From an uncultured delta proteobacterium (GTDB lineage: Bacteria; Desulfobacterota; Desulfuromonadia; Desulfuromonadales; BM103), in contig CAVQRZ010000033.1 in assembly GCA_963715335.1 (NCBI GenBank), positions 25,254-89,253 of the forward strand: a stretch of 64,000 nucleotides of DNA, written 5' to 3'. The position numbers were made by a program, and so were the translations under genes. Shown piece by piece: positions 1-10,267 of the stretch; the first letter of the stretch is position 1, and each line of letters begins with the position of its first letter. The notes below the pieces were generated by a model. The model did no database searches and was not told the origin of the DNA. It worked only from the letters and a program-made list of their open reading frames with translations.

Positions 1-847
1 GTTCGTCAACGAGCAGGTCCATGGGCTTAATGTGGTTCAGCCTGTGATCTTTATTAAAGCTGCAGAAATGACACCGATGAGGGCACCCCGTGCTTGCCCG
101 TACCGGAACGACCTTATGCACAAAAATCTCGTCCGGCAACCCCAGCCAGTCGATGGGGGCCTCCTTGTAGCCGGTCACATCATCAACCCGGGGGGAAAAC
201 TGATATTGGCCCTCCACCACCTGTGCAGTGTTCGGCTGGTTTCTCCAGAGCTCATTGCCGGCCAGCACATTTTGAATGACCTCATAAAGGGTGTCTTCAC
301 CGAGCGTGCTGATGACATAGAGATCCGCAGGATCGCTGTTCGCGCTAAAAAACAGGAACTGCTGCCTGATTTCCTCTGTATCATAGAGAGGGTCATTGCC
401 TGACCTTGCAAAAATCCGCCAGGAAAGTTCCACGAAAGGTCCACCGATAACAATGATTGCGCCCGGACAGCTTTGCCTGACTTCCGTTACGAGCTGAAAG
501 ATCGCCTTGCGTTGAATCAGGTAGGTTGTTGAAATTGCAACGACCTTGGGATTTCTTTCGGCCAGACGTTTGAACCTCTGTTGTTCTTTTTGAAAGTTGT
601 TGATCAGGGTGGTCCTGACTCCACGTTTGGTCAAATAATTGTAGAGGTAGATCCCGTTCAACTTCGGTGCAGACTCCCAGCTACACTCGCTATTTCCCGC
701 AATCGGCGGGACAACCTTGCCGCCGTGCTCGACAAAGTTGCGCACCACCTGGATATTTGCCGGATAGCCATCCAGGACCAGGCGCAGCGGGTTCGAGGCA
801 CTGAGCGAATCGACACCATTGTCCGCTATAAGAATCACATCACTCAT
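1..847 (-). CDS. Cobalamin-binding (class B) radical SAM protein, PhpK-like; runs off the left window edge
   Basis: Not in the ORF track (no stop in window). Manual translation from ATG at 847: MSDVILIADNG...IYLYNYLTKRGVRTTLINNFQKEQ...KVVAISTTYL...IIVIGGPFV...ADLYVISTLGEDTL...VPVRASTGCPHRCHFCSF. B12-binding-domain motifs precede a CxxxCxxC motif. Confidence 0.85.
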   Translation of the reverse strand, partial: MSDVILIADNGVDSLSASNPLRLVLDGYPANIQVVRNFVEHGGKVVPPIAGNSECSWESAPKLNGIYLYNYLTKRGVRTTLINNFQKEQQRFKRLAERNPKVVAISTTYLIQRKAIFQLVTEVRQSCPGAIIVIGGPFVELSWRIFARSGNDPLYDTEEIRQQFLFFSANSDPADLYVISTLGEDTLYEVIQNVLAGNELWRNQPNTAQVVEGQYQFSPRVDDVTGYKEAPIDWLGLPDEIFVHKVVPVRASTGCPHRCHFCSFNKDHRLNHIKPMDLLVDE

Positions 848-945
848 TCAGACCGTTCCAGAAACTTCATGATATGGCATAAAGGGCCATCATGGCCGTT
901 TGCGACACCGGCAAAACCTCGCCGGGGCTACTGGCCTCGACAAGA

Positions 946-1745
946 TCAGCAACCAATTCCGTAGTCCTCCGGCAGAATCCATCGAATGCGGCCTAGGGCT
1001 TTGCTGTAATCCTGGCCAGGATAGATGAGGCCCAGGTTCGTTGCCATGCAAATCAGCTGCTGGCGGTTATCGCAGCCCAGCTTGAATTGGGCCGAGGCAA
1101 TATGAGCATCGATGGTCCGCTTTGAAATCCCCAGTTTTTGCGCCGTTTGCCGTGAGGTCAGCCCGTCGGCGATGTACCGTATGACGTCTGATTCCCGCAG
1201 TGTGAGTCTGGCATTCAGTGGTGACTTCTGGTCATCCCGTTCGAGCCATATCCGCAAGGTTGCCTCGTGGAAATATTTTATCAGCAGCGAGCCCATGGCC
1301 ACGTTGACCAGTCCCAATTCCGAATGACTCATTGACACTCAGGTTAACAAAGCCGCGGGTGCATTCCCGTGAAAAGACCGGGATACACACCCCTGCGAAA
1401 TAGCCCGCACCTCTAACCGCCGCCATAAACTCGACCGCATTCTCGCCGTACGGATGTTTTGACCAGTCGTCATCGACATGCCAGAATAAAGGGGTCGTAT
1501 GATGCGTGTAATGATACATGATGGGGTCGTTCAATGAGTAGTTGTTGGCCATGTATTCCGCAATCCATTCTTCTTTCATAGGTTGAATAGACAACCATCG
1601 GAGGGGTTTTGAAAGACTCCAAGATCTGGAACCCGTAACCAAAACAATCGAACCCGATTGCGCTGAATTCACGCCTCATCACGACGAAAACGGCTTGATA
1701 ACTTTTACAGCCAGCGAGTTCTGTTTGTAATTGTTTAAGATCCAT
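946..1745 (-). CDS. LuxR-family regulator (autoinducer-binding domain + HTH), split by two +1 frameshifts (~1577, ~1325)
   Basis: ORFs 1470..1745, 1232..1672 and 946..1338 join to give STY-KEEWIAEYMANNYSLNDPIM...PLFW...GVCIP and LTLRESDVIRYIADGLTSRQTAQKLGISKRTIDAH. Confidence 0.85.
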
Positions 1746-1951
1746 TCAGGTCGGTCCATATCGTCGAGCAGGTGTGACAAACGTATTAAAATCACCCAGC
1801 GGTTAATAATGACGAAAAGCTGGTTGTTTTTCAAGGTTTCCTTTTACCGCAGGAGCCTTTGGTCGACACACTTGTGCCGTTGAATATCTCCTCATACCTG
1901 CTAGGATAGTCTGCAGTTGTTGAATATTTATCCCTGCTGAGGAGGCTCATC

Positions 1952-2368
1952 ATGGCCAGACCCGCCTGTTACATGATTATCTGCGTACTCCTGACAACTC
2001 TGCCGGGCCTCGCCTTCGCCGCGCCCGACCTGCAGCCCGGCCGTTGGGAAATCACCTCGACCCTGGAAATGCCCGGCATGGCTTTCACCATGCCGGCGAC
2101 CAAGCACACCCAATGCATCACCGCCGAAGAGCTTGTTCCGCAGGCCCAGCAGGAGAACAGTAAATGTCAGGTCGTGGACCAATCGATTGACGGCAACGTC
2201 GTCACCTGGCAGGTCCGATGCGAGTCCGGTGGCGGGACGATGGACAGCCAGGGTAAAATCACCTATCACGGCGACAGCTTCGAGGGCACGGTGGTCACAA
2301 ATGGCAGTCAGATGCCCTCTGCAATGACCCAGAAAATGACCGGCAAGCGCATCGGTCAATGCAATTGA
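1952..2368 (+). CDS. DUF3617-family secreted protein
   Basis: Signal peptide, LQPGRWEIT motif, conserved Cys residues, C-terminal GKRIGQC; RBS GGAGG. Confidence 0.8.
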   Translation: MARPACYMIICVLLTTLPGLAFAAPDLQPGRWEITSTLEMPGMAFTMPATKHTQCITAEELVPQAQQENSKCQVVDQSIDGNVVTWQVRCESGGGTMDSQGKITYHGDSFEGTVVTNGSQMPSAMTQKMTGKRIGQCN

Positions 2369-2399
2369 TGCCAGCCTGGCGCAAGGAAAGGAAGACGTA

Positions 2400-2582
2400 A
2401 TGGGAAAGAAAGACCATGACTGCTGGAAACCTGAGAAACATCCCAAGCACATGTGCAAACTATATAAGAACGGTATGATGATGGAGTACGATCAACAGGC
2501 CAAAAACCCGACCGTCTCCTGCGCCAAATGCGGAGCAAAAGCGGACCTGCCGGAGGCGGTCTGCCAGCCGACCCCCCTCTAA
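2400..2582 (+). CDS. Small Cys/His-rich hypothetical protein (possible metal binding)
   Basis: 60 aa; HPKHMC, CAKC and VCQP motifs; purine-rich RBS upstream. Confidence 0.65.
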   Translation: MGKKDHDCWKPEKHPKHMCKLYKNGMMMEYDQQAKNPTVSCAKCGAKADLPEAVCQPTPL

Positions 2583-2669
2583 CACTTTATATCACGGGTG
2601 CAATCAGATCCGATTTATGCCACAATTTCGAGTGACGGCCCATATTCAGAACAGGTTACGAGGACAGCC

Positions 2670-3755
2670 ATGAATGAATCACAGGAAAAAGACCTGGTCA
2701 GGAACATCCTGGTCATTGCCCTCATCGGTGCCCTGTTGACGGCCAGCTTCTGGGTCCTGAGGCCATTCCTGCCGGCGCTGATCTGGGCCAGCATGATCGT
2801 TATTGCGACCTGGCCGCTGTTGCTGATGGTCCAGGAGAAAGTTCGCAGCCGACGCGCCGCAGTGATCGTAATTATTGGCCTCCTGGTCCTGGTCTTCGTG
2901 ATCCCCTTCTCCCTCGCCGTCGGCACCATTGTTGACAATGCGCCCCAGATTGGCTCGCTCGGCAAGCAGCTCGCGACATTCACGGTTCCGGCACCCCCGG
3001 ATTGGGTCGAAAGGATACCGCTGGTTGGTAACCCGGCCGCTGAAGCATGGCAAAAGGCCGCCGACGCCGAACCGGGGGAATTCGCCACACGCCTTTCTCC
3101 CTACATCAAAAATGTTGCCGGATGGCTGGTCGCCCAGGCCGGCAGCTTCGGTATGATGCTGATTCATTTTGTCCTGACCTTGATCTTCTCGGCGCTACTT
3201 TATATGAACGGAGAGATGGCTGCTGAGGCGGCCTGTAGAATGGCCCGTCGGATTGCCGATGAGCGTGGCGAGAATTCCGCAATCCTGGCGGCCAAGTCGG
3301 TCCGCGCCGTCGCCCAGGGCGTGGTGGTCACTGCCCTGGCCCAGTCGATCCTGGCCGGGCTTGGTCTTGCCGTTGTCGGGGTCCCCTATGCATCGCTTCT
3401 GACGGCAGTGATCTTTATGCTGACCATTGCTCAGATTGGTGCCGGACCGATTCTGATTCCCGCAGCCATCTGGTTGTTCTTGAAAGGCAGCACAGGCTGG
3501 GGAATCGCCTTCTCTGTCTGGGCGGTTTTCGTCATGAGCATGGATGGTTTCATGCGCCCGATCCTGATCCGCCGCAACGCCAACCTGCCCCTCCTGCTGA
3601 TCTTTGCCGGGGTTATCGGCGGCCTGATCGCCTTCGGCATAATCGGGCTGTTCATCGGTCCGGTGCTGCTGGCAGTCTCTTATACACTGATGAAAGTCTG
3701 GGTGGACGAGGACGGTGCGGGGGAGGATGCCGTCCCGGCAGCATCCGAAGAGTAG
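2670..3755 (+). CDS. ydiK: AI-2E family transporter (YdiK-like)
   Basis: Multi-TM protein with PFLPALIWASMIVIATWP, RPILIRR and GLFIGPVLLAV motifs; start moved to ATG 2670 after RBS GAGGA. Confidence 0.85.
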   Translation: MNESQEKDLVRNILVIALIGALLTASFWVLRPFLPALIWASMIVIATWPLLLMVQEKVRSRRAAVIVIIGLLVLVFVIPFSLAVGTIVDNAPQIGSLGKQLATFTVPAPPDWVERIPLVGNPAAEAWQKAADAEPGEFATRLSPYIKNVAGWLVAQAGSFGMMLIHFVLTLIFSALLYMNGEMAAEAACRMARRIADERGENSAILAAKSVRAVAQGVVVTALAQSILAGLGLAVVGVPYASLLTAVIFMLTIAQIGAGPILIPAAIWLFLKGSTGWGIAFSVWAVFVMSMDGFMRPILIRRNANLPLLLIFAGVIGGLIAFGIIGLFIGPVLLAVSYTLMKVWVDEDGAGEDAVPAASEE

Positions 3756-3863
3756 ACGATGTCCTGTTGATTGCTACGAGTTTCTGTCGACAACCCGTCT
3801 TGCTCTCGCGTGCATCACGTGCTATATCTGCCTGCCCAAATACTTTACAAAGGAGACGCATAA

Positions 3864-4382
3864 ATGTCCGAAACAACCAACCCGATCGCCCGCATCGAAA
3901 CCAGCAAGGGAGATATCGTTCTCGAACTTGATGCGGTCAATGCGCCGGTCACCGTAGCCAACTTTATCGCTTATGCCAACGACGGCTTTTATGAAGGGAC
4001 CGTCTTTCACCGGGTTATCGATGGCTTCATGATCCAGGGCGGAGGTCTCACGGCAGACATGCGCGACAAGGTCAACAAGAAGGCCCCGATCAAGAACGAA
4101 GCCGGCAACGGCCTGAAAAATGCCCACGGCACCGTCGCTATGGCCCGCACCCAGGTCGTCGACAGCGCTACCAGCCAGTTCTTTATCAATGTCGGCGACA
4201 ACGACTTCCTCAACCATACCGCACCGACGGCGCAGGGTTTCGGTTATGCTGTATTCGGCAAGGTAACCGACGGCATGGAGACGGTCGATGCGATCCGTAA
4301 GGTCAGGACCGGCAGCAGCGGCATGCACCAGGATGTCCCTGTCGAAGCGATCACCATTCGGAAAGTCACCGTCGAGGGATAG
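3864..4382 (+). CDS. Cyclophilin-type peptidyl-prolyl cis-trans isomerase
   Basis: FHRVIDGFMIQGGG, GTVAMART, SATSQFFIN, GYAVFGKV motifs. Confidence 0.95.
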   Translation: MSETTNPIARIETSKGDIVLELDAVNAPVTVANFIAYANDGFYEGTVFHRVIDGFMIQGGGLTADMRDKVNKKAPIKNEAGNGLKNAHGTVAMARTQVVDSATSQFFINVGDNDFLNHTAPTAQGFGYAVFGKVTDGMETVDAIRKVRTGSSGMHQDVPVEAITIRKVTVEG

Positions 4383-4425
4383 AACCCGAGGCGCGAGGTG
4401 CGAAGCACGAACAAGCTCAAAAAGA

Positions 4426-4461
4426 GGCCAGGACACTCATAAAGGGTGTCCTGGCTTTTTT
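4426..4461 (+). terminator. Intrinsic terminator after the cyclophilin gene
   Basis: GCCAGGACACTC-ataaa-GGGTGTCCTGGC followed by a T run. Confidence 0.8.
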
Positions 4462-4524
4462 CAATCCTTCCAGCTCCCAGCCTCCGCCCTTTAAATTATT
4501 AATCTTTTTAATTCATCTGCTATA

Positions 4525-6330
4525 ATGGGCGCCGTGGAGATTCAGCCCATGGCCCCTCGCTCTCTAACCAGATGGTTATCAGGCTTTTATTACGGTCTCA
4601 AGCTGTTCCCGTTCCGCAAGGAGCGCCGGAAGCGTCTCGCGCACGGCCGGATAAAAGGTTTTGTCGGCATCCAGATCGACGGCCTGGCTTTCCCGTATCT
4701 GCAACAGGCCCTGGACCGCGGCTACCTCCCGCACCTGGAGCGTTATCTGCGCCGCGGCCACAAGCTGGTCGAGTACCGGGCCGGCCTGCCCAGCACGACC
4801 CCCGCAGCACAAGCGGTCTTTTTTTACGGCAGCGATCACGCTATCCCGGCCTTTCGCTGGTTTAACAAGGAGACCGGGCAGGTCATCTCGTGCAACGACC
4901 CCGACCATGTTCAGATCTTCCGGGAAAAGCTTTTCGGCGACAAGCGGGGGTTACTGTTCGGCGGGGCATCCTACTCTAACATTCTCGACGGCGATGCCGA
5001 ACGCAGCATCTTCACCGTCTCATCACCACACCCCCAGACACTCTTCGGGCGCCTGGGCGGCCTTCGCATCCTGCTGCTGCTGTTGGTCAACCCTCTGCGC
5101 ACGTGTCGCATGTTTTTCGCCACGTTTCTTGAATATTCGGCCAATCGCAAAGACGAATGGCATCACCGGCGCAAGGGACGCTGGCACACCCGTGAAGGGC
5201 TTTTCCCCCTGATACGTATTTTCTGCAATGTCATCCTGCGCGAAATGCAGACCTTTGGCGTGATTTCCGAGGTCTATGCCGGAACGCCGCGCATCTACAC
5301 CACCTACAGCGGCTACGATGAAATCGCTCACCATTTCGGCCCGGAATCCTGGCCGGCCCTGAAGAACCTGGTTTATATCGACCGGCGTATCGGTGAGATC
5401 GTCCGTGCTGTCGACCATATCCCCGGGGCCGACTACCTGCTGGTCATCCTCTCCGACCACGGCCAGACTCCTGGCTATCCGTTCCAGAACCGTTTCGGTG
5501 CTACGCTCGGCGATGCGGTCAGCGCCTTTCTGCGGGAGAACCAGACCGCTGCGGTGTCAGGCGGTCCACTCGAATTTGCCCGCGCACAGATCGGTTACCT
5601 GCAGGATGAACTGGGAGCCCGCGAGAAAAGTTTGCGCTACCGCGTCTATCGGCGGACAAAGAATCTTTTCCAACGGAAAATTCAAGACCTGGTGCCGGAA
5701 ACCTTGAGGATTGATCCTGAGGGCGGCGTGGTCATCACCTATTCAAGCAGCCTGGCCCATCTTTACATTACCGGTTCAAGCGAACCACTCAGCTACCAGG
5801 AAGTTGAACAGGCACAACCGATGCTGCTGCGTTTTTTGCAGAGACACAAAGGAATCGGCTTCGTTCTGGCGCGAGGGACGAACGCCGGCGAACTAATGAT
5901 CTTTCATCGTGACGGTCAGATCTGTGTGACGGAAAATCCCCGTTTCAAGCAGTACGAATTGGCCTTTCTGAGGCCTTACGGGGCGCCTTACGACACGCTC
6001 GAGGCCCTGTATCGTTTTGGCCTTGGCCGCCGCTGTGGCGACCTGGTCCTGTTCGGAGCAATCGACGAAGAGGGGATCGCCTGCTTCGACGACCAGGTTG
6101 GTGGGCATGGCTCGGTCGGTGGCGAACAATCGCGACCCTTTTTGATTCTGCCGCTCGGCCATCCGGTCCTGGCAAAAGAACGCCTGCAAGGCTACGAATT
6201 CCTCTATCACGACGTCTTCCGGGCCCAGGTAGGTGAAGATCCTCCAAAGAAAAAAGGGCCTCCGCCCAATAACCCCAGTCACACTTTCAACCAGCCCCTG
6301 GCAGGTTCAAAGTTTTTCCTGCACGACTGA
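4525..6330 (+). CDS. Alkaline phosphatase superfamily / type I phosphodiesterase-like protein
   Basis: IQIDGL, PSTTPAAQ (Thr nucleophile region), YDEIAHHFGP, ILSDHGQ and GGHG metal-ligand motifs. Confidence 0.8.
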   Translation: MGAVEIQPMAPRSLTRWLSGFYYGLKLFPFRKERRKRLAHGRIKGFVGIQIDGLAFPYLQQALDRGYLPHLERYLRRGHKLVEYRAGLPSTTPAAQAVFFYGSDHAIPAFRWFNKETGQVISCNDPDHVQIFREKLFGDKRGLLFGGASYSNILDGDAERSIFTVSSPHPQTLFGRLGGLRILLLLLVNPLRTCRMFFATFLEYSANRKDEWHHRRKGRWHTREGLFPLIRIFCNVILREMQTFGVISEVYAGTPRIYTTYSGYDEIAHHFGPESWPALKNLVYIDRRIGEIVRAVDHIPGADYLLVILSDHGQTPGYPFQNRFGATLGDAVSAFLRENQTAAVSGGPLEFARAQIGYLQDELGAREKSLRYRVYRRTKNLFQRKIQDLVPETLRIDPEGGVVITYSSSLAHLYITGSSEPLSYQEVEQAQPMLLRFLQRHKGIGFVLARGTNAGELMIFHRDGQICVTENPRFKQYELAFLRPYGAPYDTLEALYRFGLGRRCGDLVLFGAIDEEGIACFDDQVGGHGSVGGEQSRPFLILPLGHPVLAKERLQGYEFLYHDVFRAQVGEDPPKKKGPPPNNPSHTFNQPLAGSKFFLHD

Positions 6331-7524
6331 TACCACGTACTTGAGATAGTGCCCTTCCGGAAAACCTGTCATAAAAGGGAAATCTTCCGCCTGCCCGGCC
6401 ACCTTGATGACCTGGAGCTGACGTCCGGACGCCAGGCTGCCGTTGCGCAATTCTTTCAGGTAAGATTCCAGGGGCATTTTCTGTAAATTTGACGAGGTCA
6501 CCAGCAAGCCCCCCGCAGCGAGTACCCCGAGAGTTTTCTGCACCAGTTCCGCCGTTCCGCCGCTGGTCGCAAAACGGCTTTTGCGGGTTGTCGAGAAACT
6601 AGGGGGGTCCATGAGCACAAGGTCGAAACAGCGCCCGGCCTTGAGCAGTCGGTCGAGTTCCGCAAAACAGTCCCCGCTCATAAATTCATGGTCTTCTGCG
6701 GCAATCTGATTGAGGCGAAAGTTCCTGCGCGCCCAATCGAGATAGCGCCCCGAAACGTCAACACTGGTGACTCGAATCGCGCCGCCAGCGGCAGCGGCGA
6801 CAGAAAAAGCGCCGGTATAGGCAAACAGGTTCAGCACACGGCAGCCCGCAGCGAGCCTACGGAATTCCAGTCTGTTTCGCCGCTGGTCATGGAACAACCC
6901 CGTATTCAGGTCCCTGACCAGGTCGACGTGGTAGAGGAGCCCGTGTTCACGAACAGCAAGATCGTCCGGAGCAGCAGCTCCTGCCAGCAGGCGGCCCTGC
7001 TGCATCTGTTGTTTGTCGGCTGCCAGCTTGCGGGTCTCCTGCGTCCGGAACTTGGCATAAATGCCCAGGGGTGCATAGACCTCCTGCAGGGCGGATATGA
7101 TCGTCGGCAGGTATCTTTCCCAGGCCGGGGTATAGTATTGCACCATCAGGTAATCAGCATATCGATCTACGGTCAGACCGGGCAGGCCATCACCTTCCGC
7201 GTTGACCAGGCGAACAACGTTGGTATCCCCGAAATCGATCAGGCTTCGGCTCCTTCCGGCTCTCTCCAGGCAGGCCACAAACCATCCCTGATCGATTGCG
7301 ATAACCGCTGGGGACAGGCGCCGCGCAACGATACGAGCACCCGGCTCATAAAGGGCGGTCCCGAGGCTGTGGCCCTTTTCCGTCACCAATTCAACGAGGC
7401 TGCCGCATCCCGCTTGCGGCCATTGGCGGGTGTAACGGTCGGCGATCACCCAGGGATGACCAAGGTTGAGCATGCGTGCGGTTTCAGGGCCAATGGTGCA
7501 GCGCAGTTGCTTGGTTCTGTTCAA
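6307..7524 (-). CDS. Class I SAM-dependent rRNA methyltransferase, RlmI/RlmK-like
   Basis: GHPWV, EGDGLPGLTVDRY, TGLFHDQR, VLNLFAYTGAFS, DPPSF motifs. Likely start is TTG at 7524 (RBS GAGG); the longer ORF runs through a heptamer repeat. Confidence 0.85.
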   Translation of the reverse strand: MNRTKQLRCTIGPETARMLNLGHPWVIADRYTRQWPQAGCGSLVELVTEKGHSLGTALYEPGARIVARRLSPAVIAIDQGWFVACLERAGRSRSLIDFGDTNVVRLVNAEGDGLPGLTVDRYADYLMVQYYTPAWERYLPTIISALQEVYAPLGIYAKFRTQETRKLAADKQQMQQGRLLAGAAAPDDLAVREHGLLYHVDLVRDLNTGLFHDQRRNRLEFRRLAAGCRVLNLFAYTGAFSVAAAAGGAIRVTSVDVSGRYLDWARRNFRLNQIAAEDHEFMSGDCFAELDRLLKAGRCFDLVLMDPPSFSTTRKSRFATSGGTAELVQKTLGVLAAGGLLVTSSNLQKMPLESYLKELRNGSLASGRQLQVIKVAGQAEDFPFMTGFPEGHYLKYVVSVVQEKL

Positions 7525-7561
7525 GAGAATACCTCGCGAGAAGCGGTGTGGTTCTATCCGG

Positions 7562-7670
7562 GAATACAGCATCGGGAATACAGAATACAGAATCCAGAAT
7601 CCAGGAGAAAGGCAAAAGACAAAATGTGGGCCCCATTCTGGATTCTGGATTCTGGATTCTGGATTCTGAT
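7562..7670. repeat. Inverted heptamer tandem-repeat hairpin (CAGAATM)n ... (ATTCTGG)n
   Basis: gaatacagaatacagaatccagaatccag upstream and ~5 x attctgg downstream are reverse complements of each other. Confidence 0.8.
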
Positions 7671-7735
7671 ACTTAATACCCGGCCGCAGATCACATGTGC
7701 TATGATGCCACCCCATTCCTAGTCAGGAGGCGACC

Positions 7736-8377
7736 ATGGCAGAAACAGCCCAAACCAAGGGTGGTCAACATATCGAACAGCTCATGCGGCAACTGCCGCC
7801 GGACTCTGAGCGTTACAAGGTGCTCGCATCGGCCAGACAATTCAAATCATCCTGGGTTGAATTGGGAGAGTGGCTGGCTCGGGTCAGCAACAACAACCAG
7901 TTTGCCGATTGGGGTTATACGACATTCGAGGACTACTGCACCAGGGAGGTCCGCATCCGCCGAAAGACGGCAGAGAAGCTGCTGCTTGCTTATCGTTTTC
8001 TCGAACGAAAGGAACCGGGGCTTCTCGAGCGCAGGGAAGGCCGCCCTTTGCCTGACTACCGCTCGGTTGACCTGCTGCGCCAGGCTGACGAGGAAAAGCC
8101 TTTCAGCATGGCAGAATACGGCGAACTGCGTCAGGCCATCATCGAAGAAGAGCGCGGTCATCCGTCAGTCGCCAGACAGTTTCGCGACATGGACCACGGC
8201 CACCGACCGGAGCAGAGGACCTCTCACCAATACCGTAACGCGCTGATCTCGGCAAAACGCCTGTCGACCAGCCTGCAGGAACTCCCCGATGTCCCGGATG
8301 ACTTATCCCGAGCCCTGGGACAACTGGTCGATTTCCTTGAGGCAGCTTGTGTCACGGGACAGGAACCCCTTGAGTAG
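7736..8377 (+). CDS. Hypothetical protein
   Basis: 213 aa, RBS AGGAGG, plausible codon usage; WGYTTFEDYCTREV segment; function not recognised. Confidence 0.75.
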   Translation: MAETAQTKGGQHIEQLMRQLPPDSERYKVLASARQFKSSWVELGEWLARVSNNNQFADWGYTTFEDYCTREVRIRRKTAEKLLLAYRFLERKEPGLLERREGRPLPDYRSVDLLRQADEEKPFSMAEYGELRQAIIEEERGHPSVARQFRDMDHGHRPEQRTSHQYRNALISAKRLSTSLQELPDVPDDLSRALGQLVDFLEAACVTGQEPLE

Positions 8378-8565
8378 AAAAAGTTCTGAACGCTGCGTCA
8401 AAGTGATGGTTCGCGGTCCATCCAGCAGTTTCACCTTGCCAAGTCGGTTTCAATGCATTAAAAAGCCTCATTGCAAGTCGCCTTTATTACCGAATGGCAC
8501 TTTTCCTGGCGAGCATTTTCCAAGACTGGTGTTATAATCGGTTGTCTGGCAAGGAGGAAATTCGA

Positions 8566-9354
8566 ATGTCACGTGAATTCAAAAATAGAGTCAGGGAACA
8601 ATTCGGTCGCGCGGCGGACGGCTATATCCATGACAAGGGCTTTGCCACCGGCGATGACCTTGAGATGATGGTTCAGCTGCTGAAGCCAATGCCTGACGAC
8701 AATATGCTTGACGTCGCCTGCGGCGGCGGGCATACGGCTTTGCGTTTTGCTCCTCTGGTGCGCAGCGTGGTTGCCTCTGACCTGACCATGGTCATGCTGA
8801 AGAAGGCCCAGGAATTCATCAGCGAGGAAGGTGGAGTTGACAATGTCACTTTTCGCGAAGCTGACGCCGAGGACCTGCCCTTCCCCGCCGGAGCGTTTAC
8901 CCTCCTGACCTGCCGCATCGCGCCACACCACTTCCCCGATGTCAGCCGGGCCTTGAGTGAGTTTCACCGCGTTCTCCGTCGCGGCGGACGCATAGCCATA
9001 GTCGACACGGTGCTGCCGGACGACCCTGAAATTGCGGCCTGGTACCAGGAAATGGAGAAAATGCGCGACCCGACCCATATCCAGGCCTATACTGAAGAAG
9101 ATTGGAAAGAAAGGATCCAGAACGCCGGCTTCATCCTGCACCAGACGGCGACCATCCCGAAAACCCACGATTTTCCAGTCTGGGCCAAACGGGCCGGACT
9201 GAACCGCAAGGGGATTGCGGAGCTCAACAAGTTCTTTGTCGAGGCTCCGGACAAGGTTCAGGATTACTATCACATCGAAACTTTTGCCGGTGAAGTCGAA
9301 GCTTACACTGACCGCAAAGTTCTCGTTTATGCGAGCCGGCCGCCCAAGAAATAG
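8566..9354 (+). CDS. Class I SAM-dependent methyltransferase (UbiE-like fold)
   Basis: LDVACGGGH, ADAEDLPF, APHHF, RVLRRGG motifs; start ATG 8566 after AAGGAGG. Confidence 0.9.
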   Translation: MSREFKNRVREQFGRAADGYIHDKGFATGDDLEMMVQLLKPMPDDNMLDVACGGGHTALRFAPLVRSVVASDLTMVMLKKAQEFISEEGGVDNVTFREADAEDLPFPAGAFTLLTCRIAPHHFPDVSRALSEFHRVLRRGGRIAIVDTVLPDDPEIAAWYQEMEKMRDPTHIQAYTEEDWKERIQNAGFILHQTATIPKTHDFPVWAKRAGLNRKGIAELNKFFVEAPDKVQDYYHIETFAGEVEAYTDRKVLVYASRPPKK

Positions 9355-9382
9355 TCAACGAAAAGAATTCTTTAAAAAACCG

Positions 9383-9415
9383 AAGCGCCCCCTGATTTGG
9401 GGCGCTTTTGTTTTT
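9383..9415 (+). terminator. Intrinsic terminator
   Basis: AAGCGCCCC-ctgattt-GGGGCGCTT followed by Ts. Confidence 0.7.
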
Positions 9416-9509
9416 TAAACAGCTTTACAGCTTTAAGGCCTTACAGCCTCCTCTGTTGATTTGTGCTATTCTTCAAACAGTCTGTATCATTTCAAAACCG
9501 GAAGAGGTC

Positions 9510-10265
9510 ATGAGCACTGAACGCGCAGCAAGGCTTTTCTCCATACTGTTTTTACCAATCGTCCTGCAACTGTTGACCAGTCCTGCCTTCGCCCTCGATG
9601 TTGAGGCACTGGTCCGCAACGTCGAGCAGCAATACATGGGCGCATCGTCAAGGGCGCTGACGACCATGCAGGTCAAAACCAGCCACTGGGAACGGTCCCT
9701 GGAGATGGAAGCATGGTCGCTGGGCCGCGACTATTTCCTGGTGCGCATCATCGAACCGGCCAAGGAACGCGATGTCGCCACCCTGAAGAGGGCTCGGGAA
9801 GTCTGGAATTATCTGCCCAAAGTCGACCGGGTCATCAAGATCCCGCCATCAATGATGGGCGGCAGCTGGATGGGCAGTCATATAACCAATGACGATCTGG
9901 TCAAAGCCAACCATATCGAGAAGGATTACGACCTGCGCCTGATCGAGGAAACCGAAACCCATTTCCTTGTCGAATGCCTGCCGAAAACCGATTCGGCAGT
10001 CGTCTGGGGGAAAATTGTCTACAAGATCAACAGGACTCCCCAGGTCCCCGAACAAATCGATTATTATGACGAGGAGATGGTTCGCGTCCGTGAAATCCAT
10101 TTTGACGATGTCCAGCAGATCGGCGAGCGTACCGTGCCGTTGCGCCTGACCGTTCTGCCCCTGGAGAAACCTGACGAACAGACGATCCTGCATTATCGGC
10201 AACTGGTCTTCGACCTGCCCCTCGACGAGACCTACTTTTCCCTGCGCAATCTCAAAAAACCCTGA
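9510..10265 (+). CDS. Outer-membrane lipoprotein-sorting protein (LolA-like)
   Basis: Signal peptide (PAFA|L); VWNYLPKVDRVIKIPPSMMGGSWMGSHITNDDL; C-terminal FSLRNL. Confidence 0.85.
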   Translation: MSTERAARLFSILFLPIVLQLLTSPAFALDVEALVRNVEQQYMGASSRALTTMQVKTSHWERSLEMEAWSLGRDYFLVRIIEPAKERDVATLKRAREVWNYLPKVDRVIKIPPSMMGGSWMGSHITNDDLVKANHIEKDYDLRLIEETETHFLVECLPKTDSAVVWGKIVYKINRTPQVPEQIDYYDEEMVRVREIHFDDVQQIGERTVPLRLTVLPLEKPDEQTILHYRQLVFDLPLDETYFSLRNLKKP

Positions 10266-10267
10266 CC

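Noticed and set aside
32..964. Plus-strand ORFs 32-403 and 581-964
   Set aside because: Antisense shadows of the minus-strand radical SAM gene.
7525..7716. N-terminal extension of the RlmI-like ORF (QNPESRIQNPE) and the GFWILDS-repeat ORFs
   Set aside because: These are translations of the heptamer repeat, not protein.
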